Under the pieces are notes generated by a model. It saw only the letters and a list, made by a program, of their open reading frames with translations. It was not told the DNA's origin and did not search any database. From the human T2T-CHM13v2.0 reference genome, Homo sapiens, in the NCBI RefSeq assembly GCF_009914755.1, contig NC_060932.1: 64,000 bases of DNA; one strand, given 5' to 3'. Position numbers and translations under genes: made by a program. This document shows positions 14,894 to 31,174 of this stretch, in pieces (positions within the stretch are counted from its first letter, which is position 1; each line of letters opens with the position of its first letter).

Positions 14894-15422
14894 TACTCAA
14901 TTGTTCATAAGCAATCAGAAAAAGGTAAAGGATTCAGTGTGTCCAGCAGAATCTTATTTTTGTTTAAAATGCTGACATCAATGCATTTATAATCCTTATG
15001 CATGCAGAAGAAAAGTCTACATTTTCTAAAACTTTGGTAATGATTCTGAGGAATACATTTTTTCTTATTCTGCATTTTCTAGTTTGTTTAAATGAGTATA
15101 CTGTGATTTTTTGTTCAACAGCACAAATGTCTCAAATGTAATACAGATATCAGAAAGTGCCATGCCCAGCTCTAGACATGACCTACAGGGCAGGATTCTG
15201 AAAAGGAGTCTGTTCTTGGGAATCCCATGCCCATCGGAGAACTCGAGGGATTTTCAGAGTCCCATAGAGGTGAGAGGAAGAACCCGCTGCACTCAGTACT
15301 TAAAACGATTCCTCATTCTTCTCGCCCAGCACCCTCATCATCTTATTATTTTCTTTGTGTAAATTAAAAGAGTTGTGCAATATGGCATACATAATTTTAA
15401 AACCCTAAATAGTCATACAAAT

Positions 15423-19278
<3,856 letters not shown>

Positions 19279-19370
19279 AAAACCTAAATAATCATACAAA
19301 TGTTTGCTAGTTAGGTGGCATTTACTCAGATTTGATAAGTCAGTTGCATCCTGTTTAAAAAACTAACTAA

Positions 19371-19392
19371 ATATATATATATATATATATAT
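19371..19392. repeat. (AT)11 microsatellite
   Basis: Direct read. Confidence 0.95.
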
Positions 19393-20329
19393 TTTAAAAT
19401 CTCCAATGTAAACTATTTTCCCTGAACTCCTCCCCCACCAACCCCCACACATACCCATTCTCCTCTCTTCTTCCCTGAAGCTGGGCAGAATGCCAGGGAT
19501 GTATTAGAGTCAGGAAAAGTGACACCTTCCATTTCTACCATGCTTTCGTGACATCAGAAAAAAGGAGAATGGATTGGGGAGGCTAGAAAACTGCACTGGC
19601 CTTTGACAAAACTGGGACACAGATTGCATATGTGTCCCAGTTTTTTTGCATATGTGCATATGGTGATTAGAATTAGAGCATTCCATCAGCTGAGAGCTGC
19701 AGCATCACAGAGTTAAAGTGCTAGAACAATTTAAACACAATTCCTCCTTGCTTCTTGTTACAGGAAAGCCTCCCTCACTCACATCCCCAACCCAGCCCCC
19801 TCTGTTAGGCCACCTGAGTGTCCTCTGCAGGGCTGGACTCCAAAGAGAGGGGTTCCGTCGCTTCCTGTTCATCAGGATGGAGAGGAAGAGCTGATGGGGG
19901 AGTGGAAGCGTGGGGGCTGTGCTTTATCCCCACCCCCATCCGGTCCAGCCTGCAGTGGGCACAGCCCCTCCATCTGAATTCCTCATATCTAATTTGTGAT
20001 CCCTGGACGCCAGGCCTGGTTCATCATCCCGGGATGGGTTGGGAGCTGCAAGAACTCCTTTGTCATCATCTGGCAGGACTGCAGTCCTTCCCGAAGCACA
20101 CGACTCAGCTGTCTATGGAGAGCAGGTCACAGAAAAGTCTGGAATAACTGCAGCGAGGTCCAAAACTCACATCCAGAACATCTCTGCACCCTGGATTTCT
20201 GAAAGCCCCATCATAATTCATGTTCCCCACTGTCACTGCTAGAGAGAGCCTTCTAAAATAATAATGCCACACCAGAACAATACGAACGATACAAACAGAA
20301 AGAAAGAAAGAAATAGAACAGGAAACGAT

Positions 20330-20575
20330 CAGGGAGCACTCATCTATGCTCCAGGCCTGTGTGAAGCATTTTACTTAAAGTGTCTCACTAAATCCTCATG
20401 ACTGCCCTGTTCACATGGATATGATTAGTATCCACATTACCCACATCCTTATGTCCATGCTGTCATCCTTATTATCATCCACAAACAGGACGCTGACATA
20501 GACGGAGAGAGGATGATGGGTCCTGGCCACACAGCTAGGAGTTAACCCAGGAGGGCCAGGCTCCAGCACCCATGT
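20330..20575 (-). mobile_element. MIR SINE
   Basis: gagcactcatctatgctccaggc...aagcatttt...aatcctcatgactgccctg...ggccacacagctagg. Confidence 0.65.
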
Positions 20576-21063
20576 CCTGTTCATCATTCCTGACCTAGGC
20601 ATTGAGTACTAGCTATGATGCCGACCTGCTCTTAGAACCCTCCTGCTGGCCAGCATCCCAGCTCCTCAGCCTGGCACATAGGGTTCCTCGTGGTCCAGCT
20701 CTCCCACATCCATCCCCTCCTCCCTCCTGCATGCTTCCCACATCCTTGGATGAGTCAGCCCATGCCCCTGAGGCTCCCTGTACCTCAACTCTCTCTGTGC
20801 CTCGTGCATCCACTCATCCTTGAAGGGCTGGTTCAAGGTTCACTTTCTTGGCAGTGGTAAATGGCCCTTCTTTCTCTTGGGACTCTCAGCCCCCGCATGC
20901 TCTCCAAATCCAGCTCCACCTCCCTGTGTTACATGAATGTGCTTTTGTTCATCCCACAAGACGGAGCACTTTCCTAGTATAGGAACACTGTCTCACTGTC
21001 TAGTACTCCCTGTTCCCAGCACCTAGGAGAGAAACTGAAACAAAGTACTCAAGAATTGTTTAG

Positions 21064-21636
21064 GACTGGGTATAAACCCAGAAGAAGTAGAATAAGAGAC
21101 TCACACAGATTTTGCATACTCATGTTCACTGCAGCATTGTTCGCAATAGCCAAAAGGTAGAAGCAACACAAATGTCCATCACCAGATGACTGGATAATGT
21201 GCGGCATGCCCATACAATGGAACAGTATTCAGCCTTAAAATGGAAGGAAATTCTGACACAGCTACAACATAAATTAACCTTGAGGACATTGTTGCCAAGC
21301 AAAATAAGCCAGTCACAAAAGGATAAACAAATACTGTATTATTCCTCTCCTATGAGGTTCCTTGCATAATCAAATTCATAGAGATACAAAGTTGAATGGT
21401 GGTTGCCAGGGCATGGAGAAAGGCAGGAACTGGGTTAGTTAAAATAGTTAGTGTTTAGTGGGTTCAGAGTTTCAGCTGGGGAAGCTTTAAAAGTTCTGGA
21501 GATGGATCATGGTGATGGTTCCACAACAATGTGAATGTACTTATGTACTTAAGACCAAAGAATTGTACATTTAAAATGGCTAAAATGATTTATTTTATAT
21601 TATGCATATTTTACCAAAATTGAAAAAAATTAAAAA
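21064..21636 (+). mobile_element. L1MB-type 3' end, inserted into the tail of an L2
   Basis: gcaatagccaaaaggtagaagcaacacaaatgtccatc...aagttctggagatggat...ggtgatggttccacaacaatgtgaatgtac; L2 tail on both sides (…gtactcaagaattgtt / gtgaatgaatgaatgaa). Confidence 0.88.
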
Positions 21637-22786
21637 GGTTTTTGGTAAAGTGAATGAATGAATGAAGACTTGGGCCACTGCAAGAATCCCCTGGAATCGT
21701 CTCTCTACTGTAAGCCTCTCCTAACTCCAATCCATTGCCCTCACACATAATTAGATGCCTGTCCCCTGCAATCACCCTTTTCTTTCCCAAAAGCATAAAG
21801 ACAAATGTCTTAGTCCAGCACACAAGGACCCTCTCAGCAGGGGGAACACTGACCTCCCCATGAAAGGAAAGGAATGCTTAGTCAACCTCCTCATCTCCCC
21901 AGAAGTTCGCTAATAAGCCTTTAACACGTTTATACTACACACTACTCTATATACTATTTTAGGTGCAGGGAGTAAAAGTCACTTAAGTCCTGGACCAAGT
22001 TTTGGTGCTCTCAAGCCAGCAGATACGAAAAGCACTCTGCCAATCATTTAACCCTGTCATTAATTACTGCTAGAAACACCTACTAGGCGTCAAGCACTCT
22101 GCTAAGATCTCCACATCTCTTCACCCATTTTATCCCCACAAAACACCATGAAATAGGTTTTCTTATAATATAGGGAAATACAGGCAGACTGAGCTCAAAG
22201 AGATTAAACCAACCCTTCAGCTAGAGTGAGACAGAACCATGATTCAATTCTAGAGCACTCTCAAGGGAGTAATCCAGGCATGAGTGACAGATAGAGAAAA
22301 TGAACCAGAGAGGTGGAATGACCCTTCTGATGACACAAAGTAATTAAGGACTCATCCCAGAACCTCCTCATCTCCCCAGCAGTCAGGAAGTTTCATTGCT
22401 GCTTTGGCCTCAAAATCAGCAAAGGCAGCTGCAAAGGCAGAAGGCACAGCCTCCTTTCAGACCAGAGAAAAGGGAAGGTGCTTTAAACTGTGCTTGCGAC
22501 CAAGAGCCCTTCAGGTGATTTTAAAGGGCCTTTGGCACTCAAATGGTTCTTAGAACATATCCATGTAGACCCCTGGGAGAGAGGAGGATACCTGAGTTGA
22601 CCATTGAGCAAGAGATTATGACACTCAGTAGAAACTTCACGTATGGCATAATGAGGTGGATAATTCAAGTTTCACTTGGGAGAAGGGACATGAAGAAGAA
22701 AGATGCCACAGGCCCCCTCCAATGTCCAAGGCCTTCAGTGCTGTACAACCGAGTTCAGATATTCCTGCTTGCTCATTTGTTTAATT

Positions 22787-22929
22787 AAGCATGCATGCCC
22801 ACAAACACATATGCACACAACTATGCATCCCCATAGACATGTCAGCACACAAGCATGTATGCCCACAAACATATGTGTAAACAGCTATGCATACCCAAAC
22901 ACGTGTGCATCCAAACATGCATGCACAAA
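22787..22929. repeat. Degenerate tandem repeat, period about 62-64 nt, about 2.3 copies, CA/CATG-rich
   Basis: Units start at 22787 (aagcatgcatgcccacaaac), 22851 (aagcatgtatgcccacaaac) and 22913 (aaacatgcatgcacaaa). Confidence 0.75.
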
Positions 22930-23989
22930 TCCCATGGCCCCAGCTGTATGCTAGGTATAGTGAATTCAGAACTGAGTATAATGAGGTCTGTATATTGATA
23001 TATCAGTGACATTTTCTTCCTTACATTCCATGCTTCAATAGAAGTACACTGATTCTTAAAATACGCATTCATTTATTTATTTATTCTTTAAAAGCTTGTC
23101 CCATGACGAATAGTTGAAGAAACTGAGGCTCTTAGAGCTTGAAAGACTTGGAGTCCTGATAAAGCTCAAAGGAAAATCCAGAACTAAGGGCTGGAAGGTA
23201 GAAGGTGGCTGCCCCACTGTTGCACAGCTTTCTGACCACAGAGCTGTTCAATGGGGGAATTGGCTCTCATGAAGCCTTGGGTTTCCCAGCTCTAGAGACG
23301 TGCAGGCAGGAAGACACATGCAGACACTGCTATACACTATAGCTGTCAAGAACAGCCAAACCCAGGCAAAGACACCCTGATCTCAGCTTTTCAGGCACAA
23401 AGCTTGACCTCCAGACCACAGGTGGATCTTAAAAGGGCCTCAGGACTCTGAAAGTCTCCAGAGCTAACTCTGTCCCACCTCTGGTCTCTGTTGACAGCCA
23501 TGGATGGCTGAACTGAAGCTGCAGGAACTGTCTTCACCTCTTACACTGAGCCACAGCCAAGACGGTAAAATGAATGTGATGAACTTTGGCTTATCATACC
23601 CTGCTTTCACCGCCAGTGCCCAAGGGGAAGGCCCTGCCCTGGCCAGGTACCTTCTACCACACAAGCACCCCACGTTCTTCCTTGCCCTTGACTAAGTCCA
23701 CAACCATTCCATCACCTCCCAAACGTGTCTACTGTGTCCCCTGGAACTCCCACCTCATAATCAGAAAATGTCTCCAAATATTCTTGCATCTCCCTGCCTG
23801 AGATAAAGAAAACCTGCATTCCCTGAGGACTCTGGCTCTCTGCAGCCCCCTGCAGTGCACTGGTTTGGTTGTTTCCTCTTATCTGAAACACCACTGGACA
23901 GGAGGGGGGTTTAGGAGCTCCTTTCTTTCCATGGCCCTTCCAGATCATTGCTGCCTGACCCTTTCACCCAATGCGGATCTTCGAGGCTT

Positions 23990-24290
23990 GTGCCATTTAG
24001 TTATACTCCCTCCAGCACCTCTGGCTGCTGTGCTGATGAGAATGGGATGAGGAGGGAGGCAGACGGAGGCTAGGGAGAGGCAGTGACAGGCATCCAGGTG
24101 AGAGAGGACAGTGGCTTAGACTGGACGGCAGCAGTGAAGATGCTGAGAAGAGCTGCAGGATTTGAGGTATCTTACGAATGTGAGCCAAAAGCATTGCCTG
24201 AGGATTTACAAAAGATAAGAAGTGTCAAGGGAGAAGATACCATGTCAAGAATGACTCTGGGGTTCAGTCCTGTGGGGCTGCCTGTAATTC
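23990..24290 (-). mobile_element. L2 LINE fragment
   Basis: ggtgagagaggacagtggcttagactgg...gtcaagaatgactctgggg are reverse L2 motifs. Confidence 0.65.
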
Positions 24291-24409
24291 TCAATGGCAA
24301 GGTGGCCAATGCAGTGCAATGAAAGATGCCCAACAGAGAATCACAGCCCATCGTAACCCGGCGCCAGCTCGCCTCTCCAGCAGCCATGGTGGCCTCACTT
24401 CATTTTCTG

Positions 24410-25110
24410 AAATAATCTGTCCCCACCTCGGGGTCGCACGACTGCCCTTCCTTTGGCCTTTTTCCTCCCACCTGCGCTTGGCTATTTCTTAATTAACCTT
24501 CAGGTCTCCTGTTAAATGTTACGTCCTCAAAGACGCTTTTCCGAACCCTCAGTCTAAATTAGGAGTCTCTTGCTACACTTTCTTTCTTTATTTTTTTTTT
24601 TTTTTTTTTTTGTTAAGGAGTCTCGCTCTGTCGCCCAGGCTGGAGTGCAGTGGCGCGATCTTAGCTCACTGCAATCTCCGCCTCCCAGGTTCATGACATT
24701 CGCCTGCCTCAGCCTCCCGAATAGCTGGGACTACAGGTGCCTGCAACCACACCCAGCTAATTTTTTGTATTTTTAGTAGAGACGGGGTTTCACCGTGTTA
24801 GCCAGGATGGTCTCGATCTCCTGACCTCGTGATCTGCCTGCCTCGGACTCCCAAAGTGCTGGGATTACAGGCGTGAGCCACCGCGCCTGGCTTCTTGCTA
24901 CACTTTCTATGGCCACCTGCACTTTACATCATAGCATGTATTTCAAACTGAATGATCCACTTGGAAAAGGGAGTTTGGGTTTTATGCTTGTTCTCCCACG
25001 GGACTGATGCTCCGGAAGAGCAGGGACTGTTCTGTTTGGGTCATAACCATGAAAGCAGCATCCAGCACTGTGTCAGCAATGCAGTTGACAATAAATACTG
25101 TTTTACTGTT
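24410..25110 (+). mobile_element. L2 3' fragment interrupted by an AluY
   Basis: cttcaggtctcctgttaaatgttacgtcctcaaagacgcttttcc...gactgatgctccggaagagcagggactg...aataaatact. Confidence 0.65.
24584..24892 (-). mobile_element. AluY with perfect 16-bp TSD
   Basis: caccgtgttagccaggatggtctcgatctcctgacctcgtgatc (Y-type); TSD tcttgctacactttct at 24568-24583 and 24893-24908. Confidence 0.96.
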
Positions 25111-25910
25111 GGATAAGTGGAGGACGAGGGTCAGAATAGTTCAGCCCAGCTCAGGTAACTTTTCAACAAGCTTTGGCTGAGCCTCATTCTGTGCCAGCCT
25201 GAGTGGCAAGCCCGGGAAACAGAGGAGTTGATGGATGAGACCTGGCTGCAAGGCCCTGCTGTGTCACAGTGAGGTGATTAGCATAAGTGGTAGGACAAAG
25301 GAGAGCATGGGGGAGGCTCCTCAAACAGGATCAGCCGTCAGAAAGTTTCCTGAAATAAGTGACATCTGAGCAGAGACAAAAGGCATGAGCAGGAGTTGGC
25401 GAGAGAACACTGCAGATGGAAAGAGTGCTTGTAGCAGCAGCAGGGCCAGGGGCAAAGCTTGGAGGTAACAGAGTCTATGTAACTCCGGGTAATTCTAAAC
25501 GGACAGGGTGGGCAGTAGACTGACTGCAAGTCAGCCACCATAATCACAGTGGAAACCCTTGTTTTGCCAGTGTGGTACCCCTAACCCATTTGTTCAAGCC
25601 CCTTTGACATGGTATGTGAGGACTCTGTGATATTAACTCAGTCTCCTGTCCAACTCTATCTGAAGCCACTCACTGCCCCCAAACCACCCAGCCATGTGGC
25701 GACGACAATGGACATCCCAAAACTGAGAGGAAGGGAGAGTATCTTCTGACCATGACTTTCAGTCATTCCTGAATTCGCCAAAGGAAAATCAGACTCTGCC
25801 TTGGAAGGGCTCCCATAACATCCTGCATGATGATCTCTACTGCCTCAGTTTCTCCATCTGAGAAGGTGGATGTGGACAGGACTTGCCTGTGTTCTATGAT
25901 TAAGTTATAT

Positions 25911-26868
25911 GTTTTGCAATCCATCCATCTGACAAAGGTCTAATATCCAGAGTCTACAAGGAACTTAAATAAATTTACAAGAAAAAAACAACCCCATTAA
26001 AAACTGGGCAAAGGACGTGAACAGACACTTCTCAAAAGAAGACATTCATGTGACCAACAAACACATGAAAACAAGCTCAACATCACTGATTAGAGAAATG
26101 CAAATCAAAACCACAATGAGATACCATCTCACGCCAGTCAGAATGGTGATTATTAAAAAGTCAAAAACAACAGGTGCTGGCAAGGTTGCAGATAAAAAGG
26201 AACACTTTTACACTGTTGGTGGGAATGTACATTAGTTCAACCATTGTGGAAGACAGTGTGGCAATTCCTCAAAGATCTACAGCCAGAAATACCATTTGAC
26301 CCAGCAATCCCATTACTGGGCATACAACCAAGGAAATATAAATCATTCTATTATAAAGGTACATGCACATGTTTGTTCACAATAGCAGTTCACAAATGCA
26401 GCACTATTCCCAATAGCAAAGACGTGGAATCAACCCAAATGCCAATCAATGATAGACTGGGTAAAGAAAATGTGTTACATATATACCATGAAATACTATG
26501 CAGCCATAAAAAGGAAGGAGATCATGTCCTTTGCAGGGACGTGGATGGAGCTGGAAGCTGTTATCCTCAGCAAACTAACACAGAAATAGAAAATCAAACA
26601 TCACACGTTCTCACTTATAAGTGGGAGCTGAGCAATGAGAACACATGGACACATAGGGGGAATGACACACTGGGGCCTGTCGGGGGGTCAGAGGTGGTGA
26701 CGGGGCGAATATCAGGAAGAATAGCCAATGAACACTGGGCTTAATACCTAGGTGATGGGTTGATCTGTGCAGTACACCACTGTGGCACACATTTACCTAT
26801 GTAACAAAGCTTCACACCCTGCACATGTACCCTGGAACTTAAAATAAATGTTGAAGAAAATAAAAAAT
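25911..26868 (+). mobile_element. L1PA15/16-like 3' end, nested in a MIR
   Basis: ORF2 C-terminal remnants; 3' UTR atcaggaagaatagccaatg...gggcttaatacctaggtgatggg; MIR halves on each side; possible TSD aagttatat / aaattatat. Confidence 0.9.
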
Positions 26869-26949
26869 TATATCATGTGAAATGTTCAACTGAAGGCCTG
26901 GCAGGTAGCAAGCACTCACCAATGTCCATTATAATCACATTGTATGATA

Positions 26950-27152
26950 ATATGTGTCTGTTTCTATCATGAGGCTTTAGAAGCCCGAGAAAAAGATTTT
27001 GTGTTTTCACTTCTTGGTCACTAATATCTAGCACCCTGATTGGTACATAGGTATCAATTACAGTTTGGTAAGTGAATAAATACATGAACAAAAGGAAGAA
27101 TGAATGGAGGAATGAACAAAAGGAAGAATGAATGAATGAATGAATGAATGAA
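26950..27152 (+). mobile_element. L2 3' end with (GAAT)n tail
   Basis: tctagcaccctgattggtacataggtatcaatta...gaatgaatgaatgaatgaatgaatgaa. Confidence 0.7.
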
Positions 27153-27824
27153 GGCAGGTGTGAGTAGGAGAGTGTCTTCCCCAGGAGGACCTGGCTCCTC
27201 ACTCAGGGAATGGGACTTGACAGAATGTCTCAGTAACATCATGTCCTAATCCACCTAAGTCATGGGTCTCGATGCTTTCTATATGAAAGGCTGGAAATGG
27301 AGCTCTGCACTTCACAACACAAATCATCCCTTCCTGTGGTATCAATGATCCATGAGCCTGTCATTGGCTGAGCCTCAAAGTGAGAGAACAAAAGAGATGG
27401 CAATGCTTATAGAAGTCTGGGATCCTTAACCCTGGCATCATAGCCTATGACACTGAGGCTTAAAAGTCCCACAGGTCACCTCTGCATGAGCGTAGTGCAT
27501 GGAAACCCAAGCTTCTGAAAGATCACAAGAAGGAAACAGCCAAAAGGAATGGTGCCCAGTCAGGATTGCACACAAAGACAGTCTGCTGCTTTTATAATTA
27601 ACACCCTCTCATAACCCCTTGAGATTTTTTATTTTTATTCTTAAGATGATACAAGTTGCAGTCGTCAGTCACCTACCATCATCACTCTGCTTGCTGATCT
27701 CCAGAGGACGGAAAGTCAGGGCCTGAGCCAATCACACCTGTTCTAGGACAATCAGACTGGTAGGGATCAATATGACCTTAGAGATTCCCCAATCTGATCT
27801 CACAACGGGCAGCCAAGCTCTGCC

Positions 27825-28030
27825 TCAGACCAGCAGGGTTACCTCGAGTAAGTTACATCATGCTTCTGTGTCTTGGTTCCCTTACCTACAAAACGGAGGT
27901 AGAATTATAGTCCTGATTTCATGAGGTTAAGAAATAAATGAGATAATAAATATGAAGTCTGGAAGAGTACCAAGCTCACAGTAAATGTTCAGTGACTGTT
28001 GGCTAATTCTACTATGACTATTTTTACTGT
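27825..28030 (+). mobile_element. MIR SINE
   Basis: aagttacatcatgcttctgtgtcttggttcccttacctacaaaacggagg...aaatgagataat...cacagtaaatgttcag. Confidence 0.7.
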
Positions 28031-28140
28031 TGTTATCCCAGTGGTTCAGATATGTACAATGAGGTCCTCATGTTCCAAGGAGAAGGCTCAAAGTTGCCCC
28101 CCATGCAACAACAATCAGATTAGCTCTTCTTTTTCCTCCT

Positions 28141-28659
<519 letters not shown>

Positions 28660-29074
28660 TGAGGACAATTCATTAGAAAACAGTTTCTGGTAGTGAACCT
28701 TTAAAATCTACCTTCTTTTCACTTTCAGTCTTAGTTCTGGACTTAAGAGAAACTAAGAGTGAATCCAATTGATCTTCCTGGGAAACCATTTGTGATCACA
28801 AAATTGTGCTTGCACAGCTCTGACTCATCTCCAATTCATTTAATTACTTCTTTTAGGACATGGTTGGGGCATAATTGGCCAGGCTTAGAGTGCCCAGGTT
28901 TGTCAACACGTGCCCAGTGTCCTGGACTTTAAACATGGATGGGGAAGCCCAGAGATCTGTCTGGAGCAGAGAGTTGTGGCCAGGGCCCAGGCCCCTCTGG
29001 CACCAGACTAGATGAGGCCAGCCAAAATGGGCAGGCAGGAGGTCATCCAAAAGTCATCATTCACCATGTAACCC

Positions 29075-29170
29075 TAGGGTGACCAACTCATTGCAGTTTG
29101 CCTGGGACTTTCGTGGTCTTAGCACTGAAAGTCTTACATTCCAGGAAACCCCCTTCAGTTCACCTGGGCT
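29075..29170 (+). mobile_element. MER81 (hAT-Blackjack) fragment, copy 1
   Basis: tagggtgaccaac...gtttgcctgggact...ttagcactgaaagtc...ggaaacccccttcagt. Confidence 0.8.
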
Positions 29171-29309
29171 AATGCCCCTTGTGAAGTAGCAGCAACAAAA
29201 GCAAAGGATGTACCTCTGTGCCTCCTCACTTCTTCACTGTTCAATAAGGTTGGGAGCTGTTTGGGAATAGGGACCCAGAACATGTGTTTTGGAAGGGAAA
29301 CTCCATGCC

Positions 29310-29530
29310 TTTGGAGAAAGAATGTAGACTTGGAAGTGAGACAGACTTGGAACAGGATCCTGCACCCTTCACAGAGTACCCTGCATGGCTTCAAGTAAGT
29401 TATTTTGCTTTACTCTGTTGAAGGCTGTTTACTCATGTGTAAAACAGAACAGATAGTATCTGCTTCTCCAGGATAATTAAACGAAATGATGTAGATAAAA
29501 TGTCTAGCACAATCCCTAGGATATAGCAGG
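29310..29530 (+). mobile_element. MIR SINE
   Basis: agacttggaagtgagacagacttgg...ctcatgtgtaaaa...aattaaacgaaatgatg. Confidence 0.65.
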
Positions 29531-30510
29531 ATATAGTAGGGATTAAGGAAGGCTGGTTCTTTCTTTTTCACTTTTTCTTTCTTTCTTAAATTCCCCAACA
29601 TTTGACATACGGCTGGCCACAAATGACATATTTGATATGTGTATGATGAGAGATAAAATAGATGAATGAATGAGTGAATGAGTGAATGAATGAATACTTA
29701 TGTGTGAGGATAGATGGATGGACAGACAAACTCTCAATAGAGGTAGTTTTGTGGCTCATACAGGCCCACTTTTCTGCAGGCTGAGATGAGCAAAGCAGAG
29801 CCAGAAATGGAAAGCATGTTCAAGAATCCATAAGTTCTGCAGTGAGCCAGATTCAGGTTTCAATCCCGGACATACCATTCACCTGCTATAGTGTTCCCTC
29901 AGACAAATTATGGGATAAACATCTTCATGATGATGATCAAGAATATCCACATAGCTAAAATTTATTGAGAACAATACACACAATTTTTTGTCCACAAAAG
30001 ACCTGTGAGGTGGACTCTATCGTTATTCTCCATGTTCAGATGAGAGAGATTAAGTACCTTGGCCATGACCACCATCGCTCAGATGTCCTGAAGTAAAGAC
30101 TACACTCAGTCACTCTGATATCAGATGCCAGGACCCAAATCCCAGTCCCCAAGCAAACTCCTTTGGATTTCCTTTGTGTACTCATCTGAGAAGTTTCCTC
30201 ATTCTCATGATATTTCAAAGATGAAACCCAGAATATGTTACATGAAGTGCTTCATGTAAACAGACAGCAAAACATACTATCCCGTTCTTTCACCTAAGTC
30301 AACATTCCCATGCCGTTATTCAAAAGGAGGCCAATAGACAAGGGCACAAGGCAACCAACCATTCCAACCCTCTAATCAAATCCAGCTTAGGACAATTTTG
30401 CAAATCAATCCTTTTGATGCATGAAAGGAGGTGGCTTGGGGAAAATAACCATTCTCCAAGAGATGCTCACTGGGACACTAGAATCAGGAATTGTAAATAG
30501 GTTTTCTACA

Positions 30511-30539
30511 ACACACACACACACACACACACACACACA
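30511..30539. repeat. (AC)14 microsatellite
   Basis: Direct read. Confidence 0.95.
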
Positions 30540-30975
30540 TCTGTGACACACGTGGAGAAATATTGCTGCTGTAAAAATCCCAAGAGAGAGATATTGTAGG
30601 CTGTATCTGAAGGACTAATGTTCCATTGAATACACTGGAATATTTGGTTGTGAAACAGAAAAGGCCTTGATTAGGAATCAGAAAGCTGAGATTCTGAGAG
30701 GATTCTTCCACCTCCCAGCTGTTTATCTATTGAAGGCAAAGCTTCTTTTTCCTATGCCCTGTTTCCTTATTCATACATTAAGGAAGCTAAGCTGTGTGAT
30801 ATATAAGCTAATTCCCAGAACTTCCACATTTTATACCTGTATACTTGTCATTCCTATTGCCTTGTATACCTTGTGGTGCCTACCCACCACCAGATAATGT
30901 CCATGGTCTTCATATCTAATGTCGTTGCCATATAACCTGCTTACCTCCCCAAAGTCATCATTCACCATGTAACCC

Positions 30976-31070
30976 TAGGGTGACCAACTCAATGCAGTTT
31001 GCCTGGGACTTTCGTGGTCTTAGCCCTGAAAGTCTTACATTATGGGAAACCCCCTTCAGTCCTGACAAAA
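30976..31070 (+). mobile_element. MER81 (hAT-Blackjack) fragment, copy 2
   Basis: Same motifs as copy 1; shares copy-specific mutations and 5' flank with it. Confidence 0.8.
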
Positions 31071-31174
31071 TCCATACAGAATCTACCCAAAATTTTGTTA
31101 CTTCACATATAAGGCATGCCTTTTTATGCTTTTCCAAATTGTGTTCCCTCTACACAAAACTAGCAGATGTCACC

